Part shown: piece by piece, positions 55,582 to 64,000 of the stretch
Numbering within the stretch: the first letter of the stretch is position 1
Layout of the letters: each line of letters opens with the position of its first letter
Source of the DNA: a virus
IMG/VR virus record: IMGVR_UViG_3300043419_002586
Direction: 5' to 3' (one strand)
Length of the DNA: 64,000 bases
Notes under the pieces: model-generated
Told to the model about the DNA's origin: nothing
Seen by the model: only the letters and a program-made list of their open reading frames with translations
Database searches by the model: none
Position numbers and translations under genes: made by a program

Positions 55582-58500
55582 ATGAGTCTCGTATCTAAAA
55601 AAGGCCTTGAATTTATCATAAATCAAGTCGGAAAAGCAAAATTTGCTTTTAAAGATTTGGTTGGTGATTTGTCCCTGAAACACGGATATTTTTTAGATTA
55701 TGAAAGAATAGTTGTAAAGTTTAGAGGATCAACAATTTTTCACGATTATGATTTAGCTGGAAAAACACCTCAAGGTCTAGTACTAAAACCTTATCAAACA
55801 TTTGACACTACAGAAAACATTTCTTTTGGATTTCAAGGTGGTAAATATATTGTTGATCAAAAAATTTCTAGTTTCGCAAACACTGGTGGCTGGACTCCTC
55901 AATATTATAATCCGCCAACAACAGAAGGATGGGGAGTTTGGGATTACAATGCTTGGCAATATTTTATTCCACCATACAATGCTGCTGGAAATGCAAATAC
56001 AGCTTACATAATTTACAATATAAATTCTGAACCTGGAGATGGATATGACAGAACAAACTATGATTACCCTGTCAGATGGGATGGTAGTCTTTATAGAAGA
56101 GTAAATTTATTTAATTCTTCTAGATGGATTTCTGTCAAAAACACAGGCACAGTTTCTAACAATGAAGCGCATATTATAATTCCAAAGTCTTATTTTGAAG
56201 GCGCACAATTTATAAATCCATACACAAATACACCAAAAGATTTAGGAATAGCTTCACATATATATCTTAAGACTCAAGGAATAGGATCAACCTTTTCTTT
56301 AGGTGGAAGTATGGCAGGATTAGCTCTAACTTATCTTGCCTTCAATGTTCTTGAAGTATCTTCTACTGGATCAACTACAGAAAGAATTAAAGATCATTAT
56401 TTATTCAAGGTAAAGACACCACCATCTTGGACTGCAAATTATTGGTATCATTTAGCATTTTATTGGGATACTCACGATACGAATTTTCTTCTTACTTATC
56501 CAACATACACAAGTGGAACTGCCTTAACTTTTGATTCTAATAACTTAACATCTACTTGGAATATTTACCCAAGAAAAACTTATTTACAAAAAGATATTCA
56601 AAATTACATAGCATTTGATAAAACAGGTGTAAATGATACAAATGTTTATCTTTTTTCAAGAAATAAAACAAATCAAAAATATTATGATGGCGATTATATA
56701 ACAACTACAGAGCCATTCAGATATCTGTATCCAGAAACATTTAGTGCATATGGTGATACAAATTCCTTAGCAAACTATGTTTCATTAAGTTCATTCGAAT
56801 ATTTACCTGTTATATTAGCAACTAAAAACATTATATCTGGTAATCAATATGAAAATGGAGATATAGACTTTTTCTTGTTTTTTGGAAAAGCTATGCCTCA
56901 AGAATCTGTACCTGTAGATTGGGAAGATTTTAAGAATTATCCAACAATTGAAAATGATTATGACATTGTTGCTAAAATGATTCTTTCATATCCATCTTTT
57001 AAAACTTCAGGAACGATTAAAACAAAATCAAATACAACTTACAACTTAAATAATGCTTCAATAATATATATAAAAAGAGATGCTGATAATTTTGCAGTTC
57101 CTCCTATAGGCGATAGTGATTTAATTAACGAAACTTTGCAAGATGTAATCTCTATGACCACATTCTCTAGAAGTGATGAATATAAAAACATTTACGATAA
57201 ACTAGGTGCAGATTTAGTTGCTCCATTTTCAAATTTTAAATCTTATGGAACAAGCAGCTATGTAGATATTAAAAATAATAGTTTCAAAAAAACAAAACTA
57301 CTACATAATTTATTAAAATACCCAATTGCTCCAGCCTTAAAATCAAATTTCCAAACAACTAAAGGAAGTGGAAAAATTTCAATAGCCTCTGGAAATAATA
57401 TAGTAATTGGCAATGCTTCTAAATTTACAAAAGAAATTACTGAAGGTGATTTTCTTTATAGTACAGATGGCAAAATTCTATATGGACAAGTTCTTTCAAT
57501 TGTTACTGACACATACTTGATCCTCGAAGAAAATTACAAATCTTCTGTTGACAGTCAGACATATGGAATCAAGAATAATCCATTAGAAACAGAGCCAATT
57601 AACATAGAAGTTGAAGAATCTGGCGCAAACGCAATGATTTCTTGGCTCTCATCTCCTCCTACTAAAATTATCTTTAAGTACGATGAGAATGGAATGAATT
57701 TATATGATATTAATTTTGAAAGCGATACAGAATTTGAATTTTATCAAGAAATTTCAAATGTACCAGATTTATTAGATCAAGAAACTACTGGAATAAAATT
57801 GACTAAAGATTATTCTTTCTCAATAGTATTTCAAAATACTAAGAGTGATAAATTTATAAAGAATATAAAATTAAATTCTTCTAAGTTTTTTATTTCTGAT
57901 GATGAATATCTTAATAGACAAAAGAAAAAATTATCAACATCCGGGTATTTCAAGCAAGGATCACAAACAGAAAGATCAAATAATGCTCCCGGAACCTTCA
58001 ACTCAATAGAAGAATATCGGCTGTATGGTAATGCTGCAATAATTCCTAATATGCAAATGGGTGAAAGCAGAGTAATATCAACTAAACAAGTACAACCTGT
58101 AGACTCCACAAAGCAAACCAAAACAGATTTTATTGCTAACTTAAAATCTTCTAATCCAAATATTACTGAAGCTCAAATTCAAGATAATATTAGTGATTAT
58201 GAATTAACAAAATCTTTTTACAATCCAGATTCAAATAAATTTACAAATTCATTTTCTTCTATTAAGGAAATGGGGATGAGCGTTTCAAATTATGCATATA
58301 ATAGAAATACTCATTGGATTTCAAATTATGAAGAAATAATTGGTGGAGATAAAAATAGAAGAATTCACACAGCACAAAATATTTTGGATTTAAGATCTGA
58401 TTCTTTCATTATTTCTATTGCTGGATATTCAACATCAGATGCATCAATTAATAGTCTTGAAAATTTAAACAAACAACAAATATCAATATTTGAAGCTACT

Positions 58501-60285
58501 AATATCAATCAAACTGTTAAGGGCAGCTATAAGAGTGTAAATTACAACAGATTTGCTTTTAAAATTACACCAAACGAATATCAAGATATCAAATCATTAA
58601 AAATAAGATTACAAAGTTTAGCAATTTGTAATAATCCTGATGCTTATATCCAAGTAAGTATTTGGGATAATTATAATAGTCTTCCTAATGCCAAACTTAT
58701 CACGGGCTCTAAAGTTTTCTATACATCTATAAAGAATTATCTTGATGATGTTTATTTTTATGTAAATTATTCATTTACTAAAGATAGAACATATTGGATT
58801 GTATTTGAATCTAATACAAACCCGCCAAATTATGATGAAAAAACTTCTGGATTAGTAAGCGTAAGTGGAACAGCAGTAAGTGGACTTTATAATCCTGTCA
58901 ATAATACATATTCTAACTTTAATAAATATCAAAAGTATGCTTCTATAGGTTTCGGAAGTACTTTATCAAACAATATTTCTACTTGGTATGAAATTGCATC
59001 TATTGGCTCTTCATCTTATATGACTTTGGCTGGAAGTGCTGGTACAAGTGAAAATCAAAATTATGTTATAAAGTATGACCTTAGATTACAAATTCAAGAA
59101 TCTCTTTCTCCAACAGCACTTAATTTAGCATTTTATGATGGATATTCTTGGACATCATCTACAGGGACACCATACGTGATGTTTTTCGGATTAGACGATG
59201 AAATTTATGCTGGATTTAATAGGGATTTCAAAGATTCATCTCTTATAATGCCATCACCGAATAAATCAAGAGAAAATGATACTGATTATTTTGTTGATGA
59301 ATTTTGGACCTTAAATAATCAAAATTTATTTACGCCTTCACAACTTTATATTTATCCAAGATCATTTCTGTCAAGAGTTGTCTCAATTGGAGCAACTGGA
59401 AGCTCTGGAACAAATTTACTTTATATGCCAGTTGAAAATTTTGATCCATCAGTTATGGTAGGTATAGCTGTCACATCAAATGTTTTAACAAGCGGAACTG
59501 CAATTACTAACTTGATTTATGATTCTGATATTGATTCATATAAAATTTATTTAAATAATAATTTATCAGGTACAGCTAATACTTATTACTTTGGAGATAA
59601 TTTGAATAGATTTATCAAAAGATCAAATGATATTCATTTATATCTCAAATACAATGTTGATAATCAATTGCAAACCAAATATGTAAAATTAGACAAATCA
59701 CCAACTTGGATTACTAATTGGTATAAGAAATCTTCTTGGAATTATCTTGAATTAGATAAAAATGAAATGAGCGACTTAACTTCAGCAAATTATAATTTAA
59801 ATTTTTATAATTTTACTGGATTAGGTCAAACAAATTATTTTAGTGGTTATTCTTTGGGAGATTTTACTGCATTATCTTCTATAGGTGCAACATTTGATTT
59901 CAGAGTGACTACAAACGGTGGTGTAAAACTATATATAAATAATCAAGAAAATCCTTATATAAGCGATTGGAATAATTCTTCAACAAATTCATATATAGCA
60001 TCATACGTTGCCACAGGAGCTTCACAACCAATATCTTTAGAATTACAGTTTAATAATTATCAAAACTTACATAGCTTAAAATTAGAATGGAGAAAAACTG
60101 GCGAATCATCTTGGCAAGAAGTTAATAATTCTTTCTATCAAGATTTATCAGTGAGCCCTATATTAATTGATAGTAGTAAAATTGAAAATTTGACTTATTT
60201 AGTTGTAGGCAAAACTTTAGAAGAAATCAATGATCAATATTATGGTTTTCCAATTACTGACAAGATTGTGATTAGGAACAAATAA
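55582..60285 (+). CDS. Large (1567 aa) virion structural protein with tail-fibre motif and C-terminal PA14-like domain
   Basis: GSGKISIASGNNIVIGNASKFTKEITEGDFLY fibre motif; AFKITP...YWIV domain; FDFRVTTNGGVKLYIN...ISLELQF...LKLEW PA14-like. Confidence 0.6.
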   Translation: MSLVSKKGLEFIINQVGKAKFAFKDLVGDLSLKHGYFLDYERIVVKFRGSTIFHDYDLAGKTPQGLVLKPYQTFDTTENISFGFQGGKYIVDQKISSFANTGGWTPQYYNPPTTEGWGVWDYNAWQYFIPPYNAAGNANTAYIIYNINSEPGDGYDRTNYDYPVRWDGSLYRRVNLFNSSRWISVKNTGTVSNNEAHIIIPKSYFEGAQFINPYTNTPKDLGIASHIYLKTQGIGSTFSLGGSMAGLALTYLAFNVLEVSSTGSTTERIKDHYLFKVKTPPSWTANYWYHLAFYWDTHDTNFLLTYPTYTSGTALTFDSNNLTSTWNIYPRKTYLQKDIQNYIAFDKTGVNDTNVYLFSRNKTNQKYYDGDYITTTEPFRYLYPETFSAYGDTNSLANYVSLSSFEYLPVILATKNIISGNQYENGDIDFFLFFGKAMPQESVPVDWEDFKNYPTIENDYDIVAKMILSYPSFKTSGTIKTKSNTTYNLNNASIIYIKRDADNFAVPPIGDSDLINETLQDVISMTTFSRSDEYKNIYDKLGADLVAPFSNFKSYGTSSYVDIKNNSFKKTKLLHNLLKYPIAPALKSNFQTTKGSGKISIASGNNIVIGNASKFTKEITEGDFLYSTDGKILYGQVLSIVTDTYLILEENYKSSVDSQTYGIKNNPLETEPINIEVEESGANAMISWLSSPPTKIIFKYDENGMNLYDINFESDTEFEFYQEISNVPDLLDQETTGIKLTKDYSFSIVFQNTKSDKFIKNIKLNSSKFFISDDEYLNRQKKKLSTSGYFKQGSQTERSNNAPGTFNSIEEYRLYGNAAIIPNMQMGESRVISTKQVQPVDSTKQTKTDFIANLKSSNPNITEAQIQDNISDYELTKSFYNPDSNKFTNSFSSIKEMGMSVSNYAYNRNTHWISNYEEIIGGDKNRRIHTAQNILDLRSDSFIISIAGYSTSDASINSLENLNKQQISIFEATNINQTVKGSYKSVNYNRFAFKITPNEYQDIKSLKIRLQSLAICNNPDAYIQVSIWDNYNSLPNAKLITGSKVFYTSIKNYLDDVYFYVNYSFTKDRTYWIVFESNTNPPNYDEKTSGLVSVSGTAVSGLYNPVNNTYSNFNKYQKYASIGFGSTLSNNISTWYEIASIGSSSYMTLAGSAGTSENQNYVIKYDLRLQIQESLSPTALNLAFYDGYSWTSSTGTPYVMFFGLDDEIYAGFNRDFKDSSLIMPSPNKSRENDTDYFVDEFWTLNNQNLFTPSQLYIYPRSFLSRVVSIGATGSSGTNLLYMPVENFDPSVMVGIAVTSNVLTSGTAITNLIYDSDIDSYKIYLNNNLSGTANTYYFGDNLNRFIKRSNDIHLYLKYNVDNQLQTKYVKLDKSPTWITNWYKKSSWNYLELDKNEMSDLTSANYNLNFYNFTGLGQTNYFSGYSLGDFTALSSIGATFDFRVTTNGGVKLYINNQENPYISDWNNSSTNSYIASYVATGASQPISLELQFNNYQNLHSLKLEWRKTGESSWQEVNNSFYQDLSVSPILIDSSKIENLTYLVVGKTLEEINDQYYGFPITDKIVIRNK

Positions 60286-61139
60286 TGGCAATGAATTATG
60301 CTTCGGCAATCACAATGAATAATTTAGTACTTGCTCTTGATCAAACATTCAGAACAGTTGATATGGCATTAGCTTCTCAAGAATATGCACTTTCTTACAA
60401 TACAGTTGAAAGAAATTTGCAACTTCTTTACGGTCTATCAGCAATCAAATCACAAAACTACAATATGGCACTAGATGTCTTAAGTTTTGGTAAAGGGCTT
60501 GTAAAAACAGCTTTATTGTCTAATAATATCGAACTCCCTGCTGGTAATGAGCAAGGATACACAATTCAACAAATATTAGGCAATATTGATACAATTTCGG
60601 ATGGTTATATCTTTGGAAAAATATTCTTAACTTCCGACACAATAGATGGGCAAGAATTAATTTTTTCGTTAGCTAGACCATCAAGTGACCCAAATGGAAG
60701 TCCGCTGATAATTAATAAAGACATTGATATCAACACTGCAGAAGAAATTATCAAAACATCACAAGAATTGTCTTTTGTAACTGATAAAACATATGATTTA
60801 GAATTATATAAATTTATTGCAGATGTTTCGTATTACGATCAAACTATTAAGAATTCAAGAGTATTTTTTAAGCTTATCGATGAAAGATTACCAAGAGGTT
60901 ATTTTGGATACACAGAAGAGAACATTTCAAAGATAGTAGTTTCATCTATCATAAGAAATTATGCGTTAATTTCAGAACAATATAATACGCAGAAAAATTT
61001 AACCAAAAGTATAATTTCAAATTGGGTTGGTAGTTCTTCTTGGGAACCTGATTTTGCAACATATTGGCAAAATTCAAGTCAATCATTACCAGCTAGACTT
61101 TTATCTTACCTATCATTAGAGTTGGGTGTAAATATATAA
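60285..61139 (+). CDS. Hypothetical protein (284 aa)
   Basis: TAATG-coupled ORF within structural block; no recognised motif. Confidence 0.65.
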   Translation: MAMNYASAITMNNLVLALDQTFRTVDMALASQEYALSYNTVERNLQLLYGLSAIKSQNYNMALDVLSFGKGLVKTALLSNNIELPAGNEQGYTIQQILGNIDTISDGYIFGKIFLTSDTIDGQELIFSLARPSSDPNGSPLIINKDIDINTAEEIIKTSQELSFVTDKTYDLELYKFIADVSYYDQTIKNSRVFFKLIDERLPRGYFGYTEENISKIVVSSIIRNYALISEQYNTQKNLTKSIISNWVGSSSWEPDFATYWQNSSQSLPARLLSYLSLELGVNI

Positions 61140-61141
61140 AA

Positions 61142-63592
61142 ATGGCAATATCATCAAAAGTAGAAGAGATCGTTCTTGAATTAACAAAAACAGTTGGTAA
61201 TATTTATGATGCCTTGAATTATGGGATCGGTGATATTGATAAACCTGGATCTTCTATATTTGAAATCAATAATTTACTATCAATGGCAAATACAGGATTC
61301 CCATATTTTGGAATTTTGGAAACTGCTCCATTAGGTTGCGATACAACTTATGATATTACTTATGATCCTTATTATGTAACTGTGAGAAGTGGTCAATTAG
61401 CTTACAATGGATCTGTTATAAATTTACAACCACAGAAGATTCCATTAAAAAAAGAATGGTCAAAAAATTACTCAGTGGGTGGATTTGGTTCTAGTTATAA
61501 ATATGGAGTAACTTTGGGCTTACCTATTACAGAAGCGCAAAAAGCAACTCAAACTTGGGCAACTACTGTAAGTGACACTTGTTTGGCAGGGACATCTATT
61601 TTATTAGTCAAAGATGCATCTATAGCAGTAAATCTAGGATTTCCAATTCAAGCATTTGTAGGTAATTATTTGATCACTTTTTCAAATGTCACAGATGATT
61701 TGACAGGCTTGATTGTAGATCCTTCATACTACAATGGATCTTCTTTTGGAACATTACCAGCAACATACTATTTGGATAATCCAGTAAGTTTTTTGTTTCA
61801 ACCAAGAGTAAAATACATTACAGGTTTTCCAGTTTTAGAAACTTCTGAAAATGTAAATACTTTTGATTATTTTCCACCATTACCTCAAAGTTGGATTCCA
61901 ATCAGTAAGGTTATGGTCAAAAATCCTGAAAATCCAGTTGTTGTAGACTCAGGTACTGGTCTTACTAGAACTGTAATTGATATGCCTACAGATATATCAA
62001 CATATCAAATTTTGGGCGATACTACTGATAAAAATTTAATTATTCAAAGTTGCAATGAAGCTAATAGTTCCTTGACAGCCTATAAATCAAATGATTATGT
62101 CAGGAATACAGTTTCAGCAGTGTATCGATACTTAAGTACAGTGTCTTCTAACTCTGGTCTTACGAACAGAGAATTGTTAGCTTCTCAACCATTTAGGAAA
62201 ACAGAGTTCTATTCTAAGGGTACATCTTTTAGCGGTCTTGAAAGATTTGAATTACCTTATAATTTTTCTAAAGCATATTTCGAAACAATTGGCTCTGATG
62301 TTCAACACACATTTGCAGTTTTTAGAGGTGATTTAATAACATATAATGCTGCAATTGGAAGTGACAATACTGCTTCTGCAACTGGATTTACAAATGTGGT
62401 AATTCCTTGTTCGAATTATATTTCATCACTTTCTTCTGGTACTCAAATTTATGGTGTGACAATTGTTTATAATATTTCAACTGACGAATATGTTGAAAGC
62501 ATTCCAGTTTACAGTAATTTGATTTCTTCTAATTTTACTTCTAGCAATTATCTTGTTGAATTAAATTGGACAGGTGCTGGAATTACAAATCCGCTTTTTT
62601 ATCACGTTTACAAAAAGCCTCAATTATGCAGCGACTTAATAGAAAGAAAGCTTACAAATATAAATGAAATTCAACATCCTTCATTTAATTCTATGACAAG
62701 TATTGAAGATAATTCTGATTTGTCTTTGAATAATGGATTGACAGCATTCAAGATTACTCCAAATGAAGATTGTTTCATAGGAGGAGTTTCATTAAAATTA
62801 AAATACACAGCTGGCGGACAAATGACAGGATCAGGCTCTACAGGTCTTTCAATTTCAATTTATTCTGCCACAGGTTCTACTCCTACGCCTAATGGTATGA
62901 TTACAAGTTCATCTCTTATAAGAAATTCTGATATTCAACAAGGAACTAATGAATATACAATCAAATTTAGTTCAGGAGCTAACTTAAATCAAGGTTCTAC
63001 ATATTGGCTAGTCATCAATAAACCCTCAGATTTTACAACTGGTTTAGGTTCAACGGCTTTATATACCAGAATAATTACAGGAGGATCAGGTCAAGGTTTA
63101 ACTTCTGTAAACAATGGATCATCTTGGACTGGAACTGGTGGAACTGCGTATTATAAATTTAGAGGATATCTTGATGACGGAAACATATCTGGTGAAGTAT
63201 TAAGACGTGGAGTTAAGCTTACTAATAGAATAGCACTGCAGCCAAGTAAAATTTCTGTTTATGTACCTTATGTAGAAGATTTGACATCATCAAATGTTGT
63301 TTTCAATGGATCAACAACAGGAATTGCAACAACTGATGATCAAACAATCAAGAATGATCTTATCGTTACTGTAATTGCTAAAAATGGTGAAAATGGTGAA
63401 CCTACAACGTTAACTACTACAGTTCCAAAAGGTACACCAAGAAATCAAAGATTTGCTCTTGGAAATGATTTACAAGTGTTTGATAGAGTGATAGATGCTT
63501 ATATTACTCCAGGAACAGACTTGACAAGAATAAACAATGGTCCAATTTTATGGGATATTTATGATCTTATAACTATTGAAACTACACCATAG
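61142..63592 (+). CDS. Virion structural protein (816 aa)
   Basis: VTVRSGQLAYNG baseplate/fibre-type N-terminal motif; shares AFKITP...YWLV domain with neighbours. Confidence 0.6.
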   Translation: MAISSKVEEIVLELTKTVGNIYDALNYGIGDIDKPGSSIFEINNLLSMANTGFPYFGILETAPLGCDTTYDITYDPYYVTVRSGQLAYNGSVINLQPQKIPLKKEWSKNYSVGGFGSSYKYGVTLGLPITEAQKATQTWATTVSDTCLAGTSILLVKDASIAVNLGFPIQAFVGNYLITFSNVTDDLTGLIVDPSYYNGSSFGTLPATYYLDNPVSFLFQPRVKYITGFPVLETSENVNTFDYFPPLPQSWIPISKVMVKNPENPVVVDSGTGLTRTVIDMPTDISTYQILGDTTDKNLIIQSCNEANSSLTAYKSNDYVRNTVSAVYRYLSTVSSNSGLTNRELLASQPFRKTEFYSKGTSFSGLERFELPYNFSKAYFETIGSDVQHTFAVFRGDLITYNAAIGSDNTASATGFTNVVIPCSNYISSLSSGTQIYGVTIVYNISTDEYVESIPVYSNLISSNFTSSNYLVELNWTGAGITNPLFYHVYKKPQLCSDLIERKLTNINEIQHPSFNSMTSIEDNSDLSLNNGLTAFKITPNEDCFIGGVSLKLKYTAGGQMTGSGSTGLSISIYSATGSTPTPNGMITSSSLIRNSDIQQGTNEYTIKFSSGANLNQGSTYWLVINKPSDFTTGLGSTALYTRIITGGSGQGLTSVNNGSSWTGTGGTAYYKFRGYLDDGNISGEVLRRGVKLTNRIALQPSKISVYVPYVEDLTSSNVVFNGSTTGIATTDDQTIKNDLIVTVIAKNGENGEPTTLTTTVPKGTPRNQRFALGNDLQVFDRVIDAYITPGTDLTRINNGPILWDIYDLITIETTP

Positions 63593-63600
63593 GTTTTTAT

Positions 63601-64000
63601 ATGAGAAAAGATATTAATGCAAGTTCTTCTCCAGCAGATATGAATGCTCTTGCTTTTGATCAAACCGTTATAGCTCCAAGCATAGGAAGTTCAGAAGCTT
63701 TTCCAAGTCAATATCTATATAAAGAAGCTTACAATAATTTCAGCTCTCATTTGTACGCTCCAGCATTTGAAACTGGATATTATGATATTTTTGCACTATC
63801 AAGAGAATATTCTGAAGATCCAGATTTTAATTTATCATTCAATAATATAAATACAAATTATCTGTTTTCTATAGATAATTTTAATATTCAAGGCGCTCAA
63901 GAATCTGATGCTGGACAAAGATACGCTGGAGAGGGATCAAATCCCAATACCTTTCAATTAGGTCCAAAAGAATACAATGTCAGCTTTACTTATCCATTCA
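63601..64000 (+). CDS. Partial ORF running off the window, possibly tail-tube-like
   Basis: MRKDINASSSPADMNALAFDQ...SIDNFNIQGAQES...GEGSNPNTFQLGPKEYNVSFTYPF open to the end; AGG upstream. Tube-like call is weak. Confidence 0.55.
   Translation, partial: MRKDINASSSPADMNALAFDQTVIAPSIGSSEAFPSQYLYKEAYNNFSSHLYAPAFETGYYDIFALSREYSEDPDFNLSFNNINTNYLFSIDNFNIQGAQESDAGQRYAGEGSNPNTFQLGPKEYNVSFTYPF

Larger units (their letters stand above)
1..64000. mobile_element. Segment of a large (jumbo/huge) tailed phage genome, tail/neck morphogenesis region
   Basis: Near-continuous coding with TAATG stop/start overlaps, bacterial Shine-Dalgarno motifs (GAGGTG, AAAGGAG), Mu gp36-like adaptor, terminator-like and hub-like proteins, tail-fibre motifs, many giant unknown ORFs and no housekeeping operons. 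Hallmark genes (capsid, terminase, portal) are not in the window. Confidence 0.85.

Noticed and set aside
159-58121. Numerous 60-123 aa ORFs in the track antisense to or nested in long genes
   Set aside because: Shadow frames of long genes with no motifs or SD; e.g. 159..389 is antisense to dnaJ.
1-64000. Stop-codon reassignment as seen in some large phages
   Set aside because: Genes are full length in code 11 and TAA, TAG and TGA all terminate genes immediately before the next start.
1-64000. CRISPR array, tRNA or rRNA genes
   Set aside because: Gaps are mostly under 80 bp and no repeat-spacer or cloverleaf pattern was seen.

Overview
AT-rich (roughly 30% GC by eye), very densely coded segment that reads as the virion-morphogenesis region of a large (jumbo/huge) tailed phage using the standard bacterial code. 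Genes form two divergent blocks meeting at about 50.1 kb. The leftward block (50073 to <1) runs from a small zinc-ribbon gene through a membrane-segment protein, a 1304-aa low-complexity protein, a 3461-aa PKD/RCC1 protein, a baseplate-hub-like protein and a series of giant fibre/adhesin-like proteins (up to 2860 aa), and ends in a compact cassette of three unrelated serine peptidases (subtilisin, signal peptidase I, trypsin-like) plus a DnaJ. The rightward block encodes an FmdB-type zinc ribbon, neck/head-tail adaptor-like proteins, a double zinc ribbon, an apparently dead PHP domain, a tail-terminator-like protein and more large structural proteins. The most striking observations are (i) a family of giant signal-peptide-less proteins assembled from a shared kit of cell-surface domains (PKD, SwmB-like, vWA, PA14, beta-propellers, RCC1), often nested inside one another, and (ii) the co-oriented protease/chaperone cassette that may mature them. 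No capsid, portal, terminase, tRNA or CRISPR array was recognised. All domain calls are from motif recognition by eye, not database searches.
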